This document shows positions 43,362 to 55,191 of a stretch of DNA of 64,000 nucleotides, one piece after another. Made by a program: the position numbers and the translations under genes. The stretch's first letter is position 1, and each line of letters starts with the position of its first letter. Location of the stretch: contig MEDY01000102.1 in the NCBI GenBank assembly GCA_001724265.1, positions 1-64,000 on the forward strand, given 5' to 3'. The stretch comes from Rhizaria sp. SCN 62-66. Taxonomy: Eukaryota. The notes below the pieces were generated by a model that saw nothing but the letters and a program-made list of their open reading frames with translations, had not been told where the DNA came from and did no database searches.

Positions 43362-46300
43362 ATGAGCGTTCCCACGGCCGTCGCCGAGCTCCCGGGCCTC
43401 ATTTTCGAGGTCCGCGTGGACCTCTCGCACGCTCCCGTGCCCTCTGTGCAGCACTACAAGCGCTCCGACACGGTGTTCCTCACCGTCTCGCTCGCCGAGT
43501 CCGTGCCCATGCTGCACTACACCATCAAGTCGGACCGGCACCGCGAGGCGCGCCAGGCGCCTATCATCTCCATCCCGGCCGCCAACATCAAGTCGGTTGA
43601 GGCCTCGTGCGAGCTCTCTGACGTCTTTTCGCTCGAGTTTACCGGCTCTGGCGCCAACCGCGCGCACACGTACCGCATTCACCACCTGCTCACCGGCGGC
43701 GGCGGCGCGCGCTCGCTCGACCGCGCGGCGCTGCTCACGCTGCTCCAGTGCGCTGCCCGTGGCTCTGCGTACGCGCGCGCCTTCGCGGCCCACAACTTCG
43801 GCTTCCCGCAGCGCGATGTGCTGCTCACTGAGGCCGTCAAGAAGCGCGGCTCCGTGCTGGGCAGCTCGGATCGCGTGCTCATTCTCACGCCCCACGCGCT
43901 GCTCGTCCGCGAGCGCCCCGCGGACGTATTTCCCACGGCCGCCTACCCGCTCTCGGCCGTCTCCGTCTCGGCAAAGGGCAGCGCCGACCTGCGCGTCGAT
44001 CTGCCGTCATCCGACTCACTCGCTCGCCCCGCCGCCGCCGCCGCCGAGGCCGCGGGCTCTAGCTCGGGCTCTGCCGCGCTCGCGGGCGTCAAGCTGGAGC
44101 CGCACTCGCTGCTCTTCGCCTTCCCCGAGCCGTCCGTGCGCGACGACTGGCTCGCTGCAGTCGCCGGCCTCACGCGCACGCTGCTGAACACCGCCGCGCA
44201 CACGCGCTTCGCCCGCGGCGAAGCCGGCGCCGTCGCGCACGCCAACGGCCCACTCGAGGCGCCCGGCGCCGGGCTGTGGACAGTGGAGCAGGTCGTGCAC
44301 ACGGTCGACGCCAAGCTCGCCGCGCGCGCCGCCAAGGCCGCCTCGAAACAAGCCGCCGCCGCGACGGCCGCCGGCATCACTGCTGCGGCTGCGGCTGGCG
44401 ACGCGAGCGTGGCCGCGACCGAGTCTGCGCGCGCCGCCGCGGTGAGCCCGACGCGCTCCTCGCTGTTCCCGCAGCAAGCGCCGGCGCAGAACCAGTTGCA
44501 GCAGCAGCTGCTGCAGTCGCAGTCATCCTCGTCCTCCTCGTCCTCGTCTTCTGCGACGGCGACGGCGGCGGCGGACGGCGCGGCGCTGGCCGCGGGCGGC
44601 AAAGGCTCGCGCAGCAAGATTTTCAGCATGCTGGGCACTGACGAGGCCGGTCTGTCGCGCAACCCGGAGGAAGTGAGCCGCGAGTTCCGCTCCCGCATGC
44701 GCGCCGCCGTCGACTCGAGCGGGCCTGCGCCAGACGCGTACTACCGCGTCCGCAGCGGCAGCCGCGGGCCCGCGTCCGCCGCGGACGGCGGGTCCGCGGC
44801 TGTGCGGTCCAACTCGGCCGCCAGCGCGCACAGCAACAGCACCGCCACCGCGGGCGGGGGCAGCAGCGCGGCCGCGGCGCAGCGCGACATGCTGGCGATG
44901 CTGGGTCCTCTCGTTGGCGGCTCCTCCGAGGCCTCCCAGGCGCGCAGCAGTAAGGGCAGCAAGCCCGCACGCGTGGCCACGCGTACCTCGTCGCCGCCCC
45001 CCGGCCACGGCCGCAATGGATCGCCGCAGCAGCAGATCAGGTCGACGGGCCCCGACGCCGGGAGCGCACTGTACGTGGACCCGGAGCGGCTGTACGTCAC
45101 CGCGGAGCGCAAGAAGCGCCAGGAGCGTACCACCGACAGACTCACCGCCGCCGAGCTCGCCGCCTCACCGTCTAACAGCAGCAACGGCAACGGCAGCGGC
45201 AACGGCAGCGGCAGCGGCAGCGGCGCGGGCACACCAGCGAGCGCCGCTAACAGTGCGAACAGAAGCCAGGGTGGCGTACGGCACAGTGTGCTGCCCTTTG
45301 CGCTGGCGTCCGACCCCGAGGCCGCGCTTACGGGCTCGCCGCTCGGCCCCTCCGCGCGCTCCATCTCCGGCGCACACGCCCACAGTCACTACGGGGCTCG
45401 CGGTCACCACGCTGCTCACGGTCACTCTGCCCACGGTCACCACGCTGCCCACGGTCACCACGTGGGTCCCGTTGCGGTCGCGACGGACGCGTCGGGCCTC
45501 GTATACACGCTGCCCAGCGCGCCCGCGCACGGCACCGCGCGCGACGCGCGGTCTCCTGTCGCCGTGGTCCGTAACAGCCGCTACGTCGAGGGCCGCGCCG
45601 CGTCCGTGCTGCCCATGTCGCCCCACAACAACGGCCACGGCCACGGCTACGGTCACCAGCAACAGCAGCGGGTGGGCACGGTCGTGGGCACGCGTGGCAG
45701 CGTGATGACGAGTCCGCGCGCGGGCAGCCACGGCGCCAGCGGCTTCGGTGCCGCGCCCATCACGCCAACCGCCGTGAGCTCCACCGGCACCGGCGCAGGC
45801 GCCGGCGCAGGCGTCCGCGGCAGCGTCGTCGCCAGCGGCGGCGGGAGAGGCCTGCGCAGCAGCAAGGGCGCGCGCGGCAGCCTCGCTATGAGCACGGCCA
45901 GCGGCGCCGGCGCCACTGCGGGCACGGAGAACGGCAGCGACGCCGGCTCGTCCCCGAAGCAGCGGCAGCGGCGCCGAGCGCGCGGACAAGGGCGGGACTC
46001 GGTCGACTCGCCCTCGGCCGCGCCGCTGTCGGCCGCGTCGCTCGCCACGGGCACCGACTGGACCAGCGACCTCGCAGCCGCCGCCGCAAACTCTCCCAGC
46101 ACGCCCGGGAGCGCGGCGGAGACCGTGGCGGCGCAGGGCCCGCGGCGCAGCGTGGCCGCCATCGCGTCCGCCGCGGCCGCCGCGCGCGCCGTGTCGCCCA
46201 ACGGCCAGGGCCAGGCGTGGTGGGCCGCCGCCGCCGCCGCTAGCCCCCGCGCGGGCGGCGGCGTCGCGCCCGTGTCCGTCCCCGACGACGGCGACGACAG

Positions 46301-49300
46301 CGGCGACGGCAGCGACGGGTCCGACTGCGTCGTCGTCGTCGATAACATCCCGCAAAACGCCGCCGCCGTCGCCGCGGCCGCTGCGGCAGCGTCGGCGGCC
46401 GCCGCGGCTCAGGCCAAGGTCGCGCGCCCGCTCGTCTTCTCGCCGCCCGCCGCCGCCGCGGGTAACGCCGGCTTTGTCACCACCCCGGTCACGTTTAGCG
46501 TCCCAACGCCTGTGTCTCTGTCTGCGCCTGCACCTGTGGCGCAGGCGATGCCCGCGCCTGCTCCCGTCTCCGTCACCGCGCATGCGCTTGTGCCCGCGCC
46601 TGCGCTTGTGTCGGTCACTGACGTCTCGGTGGTGTCCCCGGTGCCCGCGCCTGTCGCGGCCGCCAGCGCACCCATTGCAGCAGTCCATGCCGCACCGGCA
46701 AACGTGTTGCCGGTGCTTGCTGTGGAGGCGCCCGTGGGCGCGGTGCCCGAGTCGCGGCGCCGCAGCAACGCGCCGCTGCTGCCGCTGCCGCCCACTCCGC
46801 CCACGGCGCCCGCCGCGCCCGCCCCTCAAACGCAGACGCAGACGCAGACTCTCGCTTTGACGGGCACGCAGTCGCAGACAGAGCCGGCGCAACTGCCAGT
46901 CCCGCCGCGCCCGGCCCGCGCCCCCGCCACAGCCACGGCCACAGCCTCGTCCGTCGCTGTCGCTGCGACGATGAGTGCGGGCGTGGGTGTGAACGACGGC
47001 GCCGCCATGGCGGGCGAGACCAAGGACGGCGATGAGGCCGCCGCCGCTGCGTACCCGCGCACGTCTCCGTCCCCGTCGCCGGTGCCGTCGTCGCAGGCGC
47101 CCTCGCCGCCGCTCCCGCTCTCGCGCGCTGCCTCCAATGTCTACAACAGCAACAGCAGTAGCGGCAGCGTTCTGAAGCCCAGCGCCGTGGAGCTGGCGCT
47201 GTCTGCGCAGTCTGGCGCCGGCGCGGTCCTCGTCGCGCCCAGCGGCGCCGCGTACCCAGCGCCCGCCGACGTCGCCGCCGCGCTCGCCGGCACGCCGCTC
47301 ATCGCCGCCAACGTCGCCACTGCCAGGTCCGGCTCCGGCTCCGGCTCCAATGCGCAGAGCACACAGCGCAGCGCGACTGCTGCGGCAGTTGATGTGATTG
47401 TCGCAGCGAGCGTGCCGTCGGGCCCCGAGGCGCCGCTGCAGAGCTCGGCCAACCCGTCGAGCTCCGGCGTTGCCAGCAACGGCGCTGTCGACGGGCCTAA
47501 GGTTATCGCACGCGGCCGCACGCTGACCACGTTCAACGCCAGCGGCGGGAACGGGTCGATCGGCGCACACCATGCGACCAGCGGCGCCGCCGCAGCCGCC
47601 GCAGCCGCCGCGGCCGCCGCGGTCGCGATCAACGCCGGCGCGCACGGCCACCAGTCTGGCCGCGCGTCCCACAGTGCGCATCATGCAGTGTACGCGCAGA
47701 GCGCGCCCGAGGTGCCGGTGTCGCCCGCGGCGCCGCGCTCGCACTCAGGCATGATGCCGCCCGCGCCCGCGCGCCGCATCGTCCCCACGCCCGCGCCCGC
47801 GGCTTCGACTGCGCCCGTGCCGGTGCCTGAGGGCGATGATGATGACGACGATGAGCCGCCGCCGCCGCCGCCGATGGACGACGACGACGATGACGATGCG
47901 CCGCCGCCGCCGTGCCCGCCCAGCGACGACAGAGAGCCCGACTCTGCGGGCAAGGCGAACGCGGCCGCTGTTAACGTCGACGAGCATGATATCGACCTGC
48001 CTCCGCCGCCGCCCCCGCTCCTCACCTCGCCCGTCGCCGCGCCCACGCCCGTCGCGCTCGCTGCCGCACCGCCCAAGCCTAACCCGCGTCCCTCGCCCGA
48101 GCTCGCTGTCGCCACCGCTGCCGCCCCGCCTACCGCCACTGCTGCCGCTGCTGCGGACACTGTGTCTGCGACGGGTGCAGTCGCTGCGGAGTCGGAGCCG
48201 GAGGACTTAGTGGTGATGACCTTCGTGCTGCCGCCCAACTGCATTCTGCGGCCCGACCTCGCCGCCGCCCCAGCGCGCCGCCGCGGGCCCGCGCGCCCTG
48301 CCGGCCCCACGCCGACTGAGGAGCAGCCGCTGCTGCCCTACCTGGTGTCACCTCCGCCCAACGAGCCCGCGCCCACGGTCCGCGTCTTCACACTCATCTA
48401 CCCCGCCGAGGCCGCCACCGCCGCCGCCGCTGCCGCAGCCGCTGCCGGAGTCGGAGCCGCGAGCAGTAACAACCATGAGAACGCCGCGGATGGCGCTGGT
48501 GGCCGTTTGCCGCCGCTGCCGAAGCCGTACGTGCTGGACACGCGCACGCGCGTCGACTTAGGGCAACTGCAGCTGGCGCTGCCGCTGCCGGTGTGCGACC
48601 CGCGCGGGCGCTCGCTGCACCTGGTGATGCCGCCGCCCGGCGTGGCTCTGCCCGAGAACTTCCTCCTGGCGTCGAACGGTGTCATCTACTGCTCCGTCGG
48701 CGGCTCTGCCGAGGACGAGGCCGACTACGAGCTCGAGGTCAAGGGCACAATCCCGGGCGCCGAGGAGTCGCTCGCGCTCTATTTCACCGAACAAGAGCTC
48801 GCCACCGTCGCCAGCAACGCCGCGGCCGCCGTCGAGCAGGCCCAGGCCGAGGAGGAGGCCTGGGCCATGGCCGAGGCCGCTGCGGAGGCGGAGGAGGCGC
48901 GTGCGATCGCGGCCGCTGAGGCTGCGGAGGCCAAGGCCATTGCCGACGCCAAGGCTAAGGCCGACGCCAACGCGGCGGCGCGCGCCGCCGCCGCTACGTC
49001 TGCCGCCGCTAAGGCCGCCGCGCAGCGCAGCTTCATCAACGCCACCGCCGCTGCTGACGGCGACGACGACGACGACGACTTCGTGCCGCCCCCGCCCTCG
49101 GACCCCGAGTTCGATGGCGCCACAGCGGCGGCCAAGTCTGCCGTGTCGCCTCGCAGCGGCGCCGCGGTGCCCGCGCGCCCGCCGCGACCCGCGTCCACGC
49201 CCACCGCGGCCGGCGCGAGCGGCGCCATGGCCTACTCGCCGTCGGACTCGCCGCTCTCGCGGCCGGCGCGCCCGCCCAAGCCCGCTGGCACGGTGGCGCA

Positions 49301-50531
49301 GTCGCTGTCGCAGGCGCGCCTTGCTACCGCCGTGGCCGCGAGCGCGGCGGGCGTCGCGCTCGTCGCTGCCAGTGTGACTGGCGCTGCCGACGACGATGAC
49401 GACGCACCGCCCGCGCCTCCGTCTGACGACGCCGACGCCAACGCCGCGGCCGCTGCTTCTGGCGCCACGTTTGAGCCCGAGCCCATGTCCCTGAGCACGG
49501 TACAGTCGCACCCGCACTCGCAGTCGAGCGACTCGTCCGCCCGCTCGTCGCCGCCCCCCGCTTCCACTTCCGTCTCGGCCTCGGCCGCGGCCGTCGCCGC
49601 CGCAGCCGCCGCGCGGTTTGCGACTGTGGCGCTCGAGGGCAGTGCGCAGCCGATGGGGCTGGTGGCGCTGAGCACGCTGCCGCCCGCGGCGCCGCTGTCG
49701 GCGCTGCGCGACGCGCTCGAGGACGAGGTCGACGACCTGCCCGCGGACTGGGTGTTTCTGCTGCGCGGCGTCAAGGTCGGCCGCAAGCAGGAGGCCAAGC
49801 TTACGCTCGCGCACCTCCACGAGGCTGCCGCGGACGACGCCGCCGCCAACGCTACAGCTGCTGCTGCCGGTGCCGGTGCGTGTGAGCCCGCGGGCGACGT
49901 CGTGCGCGTCGTGATCCGCGACACGGCCGCTGCAGCCGCGGCCGGCGCGGGCGCGGCGACGCCCCTCGTCGCGTCCACGCCCGCGGCCGCCGTGCCGCGC
50001 GCGCCGACGCCGCCCCCGATGGACCTCTTTGGCGACTCGCTCTTCGGCCCCGGGCCCATTGCGCCCGCCGGAGGCTCCGCCGTTCGCGCGGGCGCGGGGG
50101 CGGGCTCGCTCGCCAGCGCCGCCGCGGCCGCCGCAGCCTCGCGCACCGCCGCCAGCGCCGGTAGCGCGGCTAGAGGCCCGTCGCGCCCCGCGCCCGGCGC
50201 TGGCGGGGCCCCCTCGCGCGCCGCGCCCCGCGCCGGCGTCCAGGGCCGGCGCTGCAGCAGCCTGCTGGTCGCGCAGGGCTAGGCCGCGGCGCCCGTGGAC
50301 CTGATGTCGGCGCTTAAGACCTTCTCCAGCGGCGCGCGCGCGCTACGGCGCACCTCAGTGCTGCCCGGCTCGCGCGCCATGGCGCCCGCGGACCAAAGCA
50401 AGGGCATGCTGGACAACATGGTCGGCGGCGAGCAGAACATGCATCGTGCGCTGCTGCGTGCCATGGCGGAGCGCAGGCCAGCGATGGTGATCGAGAACGA
50501 CGATGTCGCCGACGAGGAGTGGGATGACTAA
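43362..50531 (+). CDS. Large putative Arp2/3 nucleation-promoting factor (PH domain, low-complexity and Pro-rich regions, C-terminal WH2-C-A), with an internal in-frame TAG at 50280-50282
   Basis: PH-like region (VLLTEAVKKRG...RVLILT...FAFPEPSVRDDWLAAV) and poly-Pro/acidic blocks. Directly after the TAG and in the same frame: DLMSALKTFSSGARALRRT (WH2), MHRALLRAMAERRPAM (C) and ENDDVADEEWDD (A). Terminal stop is TAA. The start codon is uncertain. Confidence 0.75.
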
Positions 50532-51365
50532 GTCACCTAAAAAGTGAATTTACCCCCACCAGGAGTGGCTCCAGAAGATTATTGTCTCAGAATCTGACTA
50601 GAGGTGACAAACAGACTTGCTCTGACTGTATGTGAGTCGAACGAGCTGTGTGTCAGATATAATAATTACTTTAACGATTAAGATTTGTGTTTATGTATGC
50701 ATCATGTTCGTGATTCTGGTGAGCATCACATGAGCAGCATTCGAATAACCGCTTTTTGGACATCTGAGATAAATACAATAATACGTGTTATGTTGTGATT
50801 TCAACATGCTAACCTTATTGCCCGCTCAAATGCCGCACGATATACTTAATTTGATTGATTGTTACAATTGCTCCATCTGGAAGATGTTTTCACCAATCAC
50901 TCGTCGGCACAAGCCTTATCTCTCAGAAAAGTGCCAAATGTGACTCTTTCCGCGACATTCGCGAAAAGCATCGCCTGCATGCGCGACATTATCTTGGCGG
51001 CTGAAACCCCCTTGCGGCGAACGTCGACTCCGCTCACGTCTTTTAAGCAGCCCGCGAGTGCGCTGAGAAAGCCATGCTGGCACAGCCGAGCGCGATAGGA
51101 CTTGATGACGGTGAGGTCGAGTGGCTGACCTAAGTACACCAGGTGTTCTAGCATTGAGTTAACAAAATGTGTGTTCAAACAAATATTTGTATATACAGAG
51201 TCGAAGAGCGCAATTGGCGCCATTTGTTGTACATGTCTGTAATGAGCTATTGTAATCTATCAATCTATCCAGCAGTTGTGAGCGTCAGTCGCACAATCGC
51301 TGCTCTTGAGTGTTCCGGCACAAAAGTAGCGACGGGTGGCGGTTAGTTAGAGCACACGTCGCTGT

Positions 51366-51701
51366 TTAGCCGTGTTTAAACAGGAGCACCTTCATGTGTC
51401 CGACAGAGAAGAACATGCAGGTCTTAGCCTGGTGCGTAATGAAAGTGCCGAAGCTGGTGCCGACGATGCAGTGCCACGTCGCGCCAATCTGCTTGTCGAA
51501 CTCCTCTTTGATCAGCTGCGCGCAGTCCGTCCAGTTGACCACGTCGCCGCGCTCTTTGGCCAGATAGGCGATTTTGCCTAGCAGCAGCGCGGTCTCGCGC
51601 GTCTTGGTGTCCATGTCGCCGAACTCGATGCGCGGCTCAGGCACCTGCTCCAGGTCGGGGAGCTTCACCTTGAGCGACGTCGACGTCAGTGCGGTAGCCA
51701 T
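51366..51701 (-). CDS. Dynein light chain, LC8 (type 1) family, divergent and probably axonemal
   Basis: GDMD...AQLIKEEFDK..GATWHCIVG.SFG.FITH....FF.VG...VLLFKHG. Stop is TAA. Confidence 0.88.
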   Translation of the reverse strand: MATALTSTSLKVKLPDLEQVPEPRIEFGDMDTKTRETALLLGKIAYLAKERGDVVNWTDCAQLIKEEFDKQIGATWHCIVGTSFGTFITHQAKTCMFFSVGHMKVLLFKHG

Positions 51702-52290
51702 CGCAAGGGGATAGCAGAAGGGTCGTTGCTCTGTGTTTGGAGGGGCTGCGTCGGCTCTAGGGTCTCTGAGCAGGAGCTGGAAAGGGAGGAAAGCTTTCGT
51801 CCAGAGACCAAGGAGGAACGAGAAGAGGAGGGAGTGAGAAGTGAGGATAACAGGCCACATTTGAAGTTTAAAAAATGAATTAAAAGTGAAACATATGTGA
51901 ATTATCTTGGAACCCGTGATAAAATTGCAGCTGACGATGGCATCCCGACGAACTCGGTGTGCTTCGATATCGAGCCGTTTCTGACTTGTCCCTCGGTTGC
52001 CATCTCGTGGTGGCGCTGTAGTGGGGTGGACCGGTCAGAAGGCAGCCGAAAAAGCGACCGCAAACTGGGTTAAACTCGGTAATGTGATCGTCAATGTGGC
52101 TTTAACTTGTGCATATGAACCCCTCAGTGGCGCATACTTCCCGTTTTGATTTACGCATTTCCTCCATCACCCGTTTTTTCCATCTACCGCGACCTCACCG
52201 CCACCGCACTTGCCCTGTCCTTCTCGACCTCATAGACCCCCCGCGTCAGACCCGTTTGCCCCGGCTAAACGACCTGTTGCACAGACAAAC

Positions 52291-53107
52291 ATGTCTGATA
52301 TCAAAATCAAGAAGGCGGTACGTTCTATATACTTTTCAATTCTTCTTGATAACCCTCCTTCTATCCCTGTATCACTCGCACGCCGTACTCAATCACTCAC
52401 ACTTTTCCCATCCACGTCCTCCCCGATTGTCACCACCTCGTTGCCACCCGGTTGTGCCCGTTGTCTAGGTTGCCGAGTCCGGCAAGCGCAAGCTGACTGT
52501 AGTGATGATCAATGCGTGCCTGGAGACTGTCAAGACGAAGCGCGGCATCGAGCTCGTGACCGCCGACACGCACGCCAGCATTCTCAAGAAGCTCAAGCGT
52601 GCGCCCGCCGACTACCGCCCGGACATCCTGCATCAGTGTCTGCTCACGCTGCTCGACTCGCCGCTTAACAAGGCCGGCATGCTGCAGGTCTACATTCAGA
52701 CCACGAACAACGTGCTCATCGAGATCTCCCCGTCGGTCCGCATCCCTCGCACCTTCAAGCGTTTCGCCGGTCTCATGGTGCAACTGCTGTACAAGCTCAA
52801 GATCCGCGCCTCCGACGGCCCCGACGTGCTGCTCAAGGTGATCAAAAACCCCGTCACGCAGCACCTGCCGACGAACGCGCTCAAGTTCGGCACCTCCGTG
52901 ACTGGCGAGCTCATCAACATCGCCGACTTCATCCAGCCCATCAAGGACGACACGCCCGTGGTCTTCACCGTCGGCGCCCACGCGCACGGTCCCGCCGAGG
53001 CGGACTGGACGGAGAAGCTGCTCGCGCTCTCGCAGTACCCTTGCTCCGCCTCGGTCATCCTCGGCCGCATCTGCAACGCCTTCGAGGCCAAGTGGGGCGT
53101 TCTCTAA
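52291..53107 (+). CDS. EMG1: 18S rRNA pseudouridine N1-methyltransferase Nep1/EMG1 (exons 52291-52317 and 52469-53107)
   Basis: RPDILHQCLL.LLDSPLNKAG.LQVYI, RIPRTFKRFAGLMVQLL, LLKVIKNPVT.HLP and GA.AHG. Stop is TAA. Confidence 0.96.
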
Positions 53108-53700
53108 GCGAACCGGTGCCTTCATGTGCTCTTAACAAAGCAAAGCTAGACGAACTGGGAATAATGTGTGCAATGCGTATGTCTGTTGGTCTGTTGTACG
53201 TATTTTCCTGACGTTTGATTAATGTCCGCTCGCTTGATGTATCTTTAATCCGCAAACGGTGGCATGTTGAGAGTCTCTACAATCAATTTAAGTCGCATTT
53301 AAGTCGCATTATTCGAGCGGTTTTAGACGAACGTATCAATTTGGAGGGCTTTGTATAGGATATGATCTGAGATTAGCGACTGACCGCTTGCTCTCGGTAT
53401 ACAGGAGCAAGATCAGCACTATCAGTTGTAGCAGCAGGGCTGGAGACAAGACTAGTTACGTACAAAGGTGATGTGTGTCGCTTAACTAAAACAGTAGCAA
53501 CAACAACTTAACAGAAGCAAAAAGGAAAACAATATTAATACTACTTACTAAATGAAACAATCCAAAATAACACGAAACAAAACAAAAATACAAAAACGAC
53601 TAAAACACGACTTCAACCTAAAACAGACCGCAGGATCACTGCTGCTGACTTTCGTCGCTCTCGTGCAATTCGTGTGCCGTTTCACTCTGCGTCGTGCTAT

Positions 53701-55191
53701 TTAGTGGATGGAGGAGATGAGGACCTGGTGGCGCGAGAGCTGCGTGCGATACTTATCGGGCACGCCAAGCTGCTCGAGCTCGGCCAGCTTGGCCTGCTTG
53801 ATGCGCATCAGCTTAGCGCGGTCGGCCTCGTTCTGCGCGTTGTACAACGCCGAGTCGTCCTGCTTGTTGGCGCTCGCCTCCGTGCGGGCGCGCGCGCGCT
53901 CGTTGATCTGCTGCTTGAGCTCGACGCGGTACTGGTCGCGCCGCGCCTGCACGTCGACGCCCCACGCCTTGTCGCGCGCGCGTACGGCGTCGTTAGCGGC
54001 CGTGTTACGCTCGTACTCCTCGCGCTCTTGCAGCGCGAGCTCGGCCATGCGCATCGCCTTGTCGAGACGCTGCTCCTCGCGCGCCGCCGTGACCTCGCCG
54101 CGCAGCCGCGCCTGGCGCTCGGCGGCCGCGAGCTGCTCGTCGCGCCACTGCCGGTCCTTCTGCTCCTGGTACCGCCGCGCGCGCAGCTCGTCGATCTGCG
54201 CCTGGCGGTCCTGCGCGCGCTCCTGCAGCGCGCGGAGGCGGACGACCTCGCGCTCGCGGGCCTGCGCGACGCGCTGGGCCTCCTCCTCGAGCTGGAGCTC
54301 GCGGGCGTCCTTGCGCGCAATGTAGTCGGCGATGCGGAGGTCCTCCTCGACCTCCTCCTGCTTCTTGAGCATCTTCATGCGCGCCTGTTCGGCGTTGGCG
54401 AGACGGATCTGCTCCTGGTGCTGACGCCCGGCCTCGATCTTGGCGAGCCGCTCTTGCTCGGCGCGGCGCTCCTGCTCCTTGAGCTGCGCGACCATGGCCT
54501 GCGCCTCCTGTGCACGCGCCTCGTCCTGGCGGATGCGCTCGGCCTCGCGCTCGCGCATCTGCTGCAGGATCACGCCGGCGCCCAGCCGCTGCTCGTGCGC
54601 GCGGAAGCGCTCGCGGTCCTCCTGGTCGCGCATCTGCCGCACGCGGTCAATCTCCATCAGCGTGTCCATGCGGCGCTGCTCGGCGGCCTCTTCCTCGCGC
54701 CGCTGTTGCTTCTCCAACAGCTGCTGGTCGCGGATCGTCACGCACTTGGCGTACTGAGCCATCTGGTTCATCTTCTTCACGTCGTCCAGCTCCGAGTCCA
54801 GCGCCTGACGCGCGCGGGAAAGCGCGATGTCGCGCTCGGCGGCCTGGTGGTACTCCTCCTCGTTGAGGGGCTTGCGGCGGCCGGCGTCGCGCTCCATGAG
54901 CAGCATGCGCTCCTTGCGGCGCTGCGCCGCCTGAGTCTGCTGCAGGCGCTGTGAGGCCGTGGCCTGCTTCATGCGCTCGACCTCGCCCTGAGAGAGAATC
55001 ACGGCCGCGCCTTGCATGCGCAGCAGCTCCTGGCGCGATAGCACCACGGAGTCCGTGGGCACAGCGTGCGCGTGCGTCGCGCCCATGGTGCGGCCGCCGC
55101 TGCCGGAAGGGGTGGGCGCCTTCTTGGTCGCGAAGAGACTCTTGTCGACGTCGCCGCGGTACTGCCGCAGCGTGCGTGACTCGAAAGACAT
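53701..55191 (-). CDS. CFAP45: Cilia- and flagella-associated protein 45 (TPH domain)
   Basis: YRGDVDKSLF, DDVKKMNQM..YAKCVTIRD.QL.EK, LRALQERAQDRQA.IDELRARR.QE and KL.EL...GVPDKY. Stop is TAA. Confidence 0.9.
   Translation of the reverse strand: MSFESRTLRQYRGDVDKSLFATKKAPTPSGSGGRTMGATHAHAVPTDSVVLSRQELLRMQGAAVILSQGEVERMKQATASQRLQQTQAAQRRKERMLLMERDAGRRKPLNEEEYHQAAERDIALSRARQALDSELDDVKKMNQMAQYAKCVTIRDQQLLEKQQRREEEAAEQRRMDTLMEIDRVRQMRDQEDRERFRAHEQRLGAGVILQQMREREAERIRQDEARAQEAQAMVAQLKEQERRAEQERLAKIEAGRQHQEQIRLANAEQARMKMLKKQEEVEEDLRIADYIARKDARELQLEEEAQRVAQAREREVVRLRALQERAQDRQAQIDELRARRYQEQKDRQWRDEQLAAAERQARLRGEVTAAREEQRLDKAMRMAELALQEREEYERNTAANDAVRARDKAWGVDVQARRDQYRVELKQQINERARARTEASANKQDDSALYNAQNEADRAKLMRIKQAKLAELEQLGVPDKYRTQLSRHQVLISSIH

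Noticed and set aside
50268-50282. A 15-nt GT...TAG micro-intron that would remove the internal stop in frame
   Set aside because: All inferred introns here are at least 100 nt, AT-richer and almost always start GTACG. This candidate has none of those properties, although RNA data are needed to exclude it formally.
52466-52468. In-frame TAG just upstream of EMG1 exon 2, with similar cases in PET117 and TSEN34
   Set aside because: These are 3' splice acceptors ending AT- or pyrimidine-rich GTACG introns, so they were not counted as evidence for UAG reassignment.
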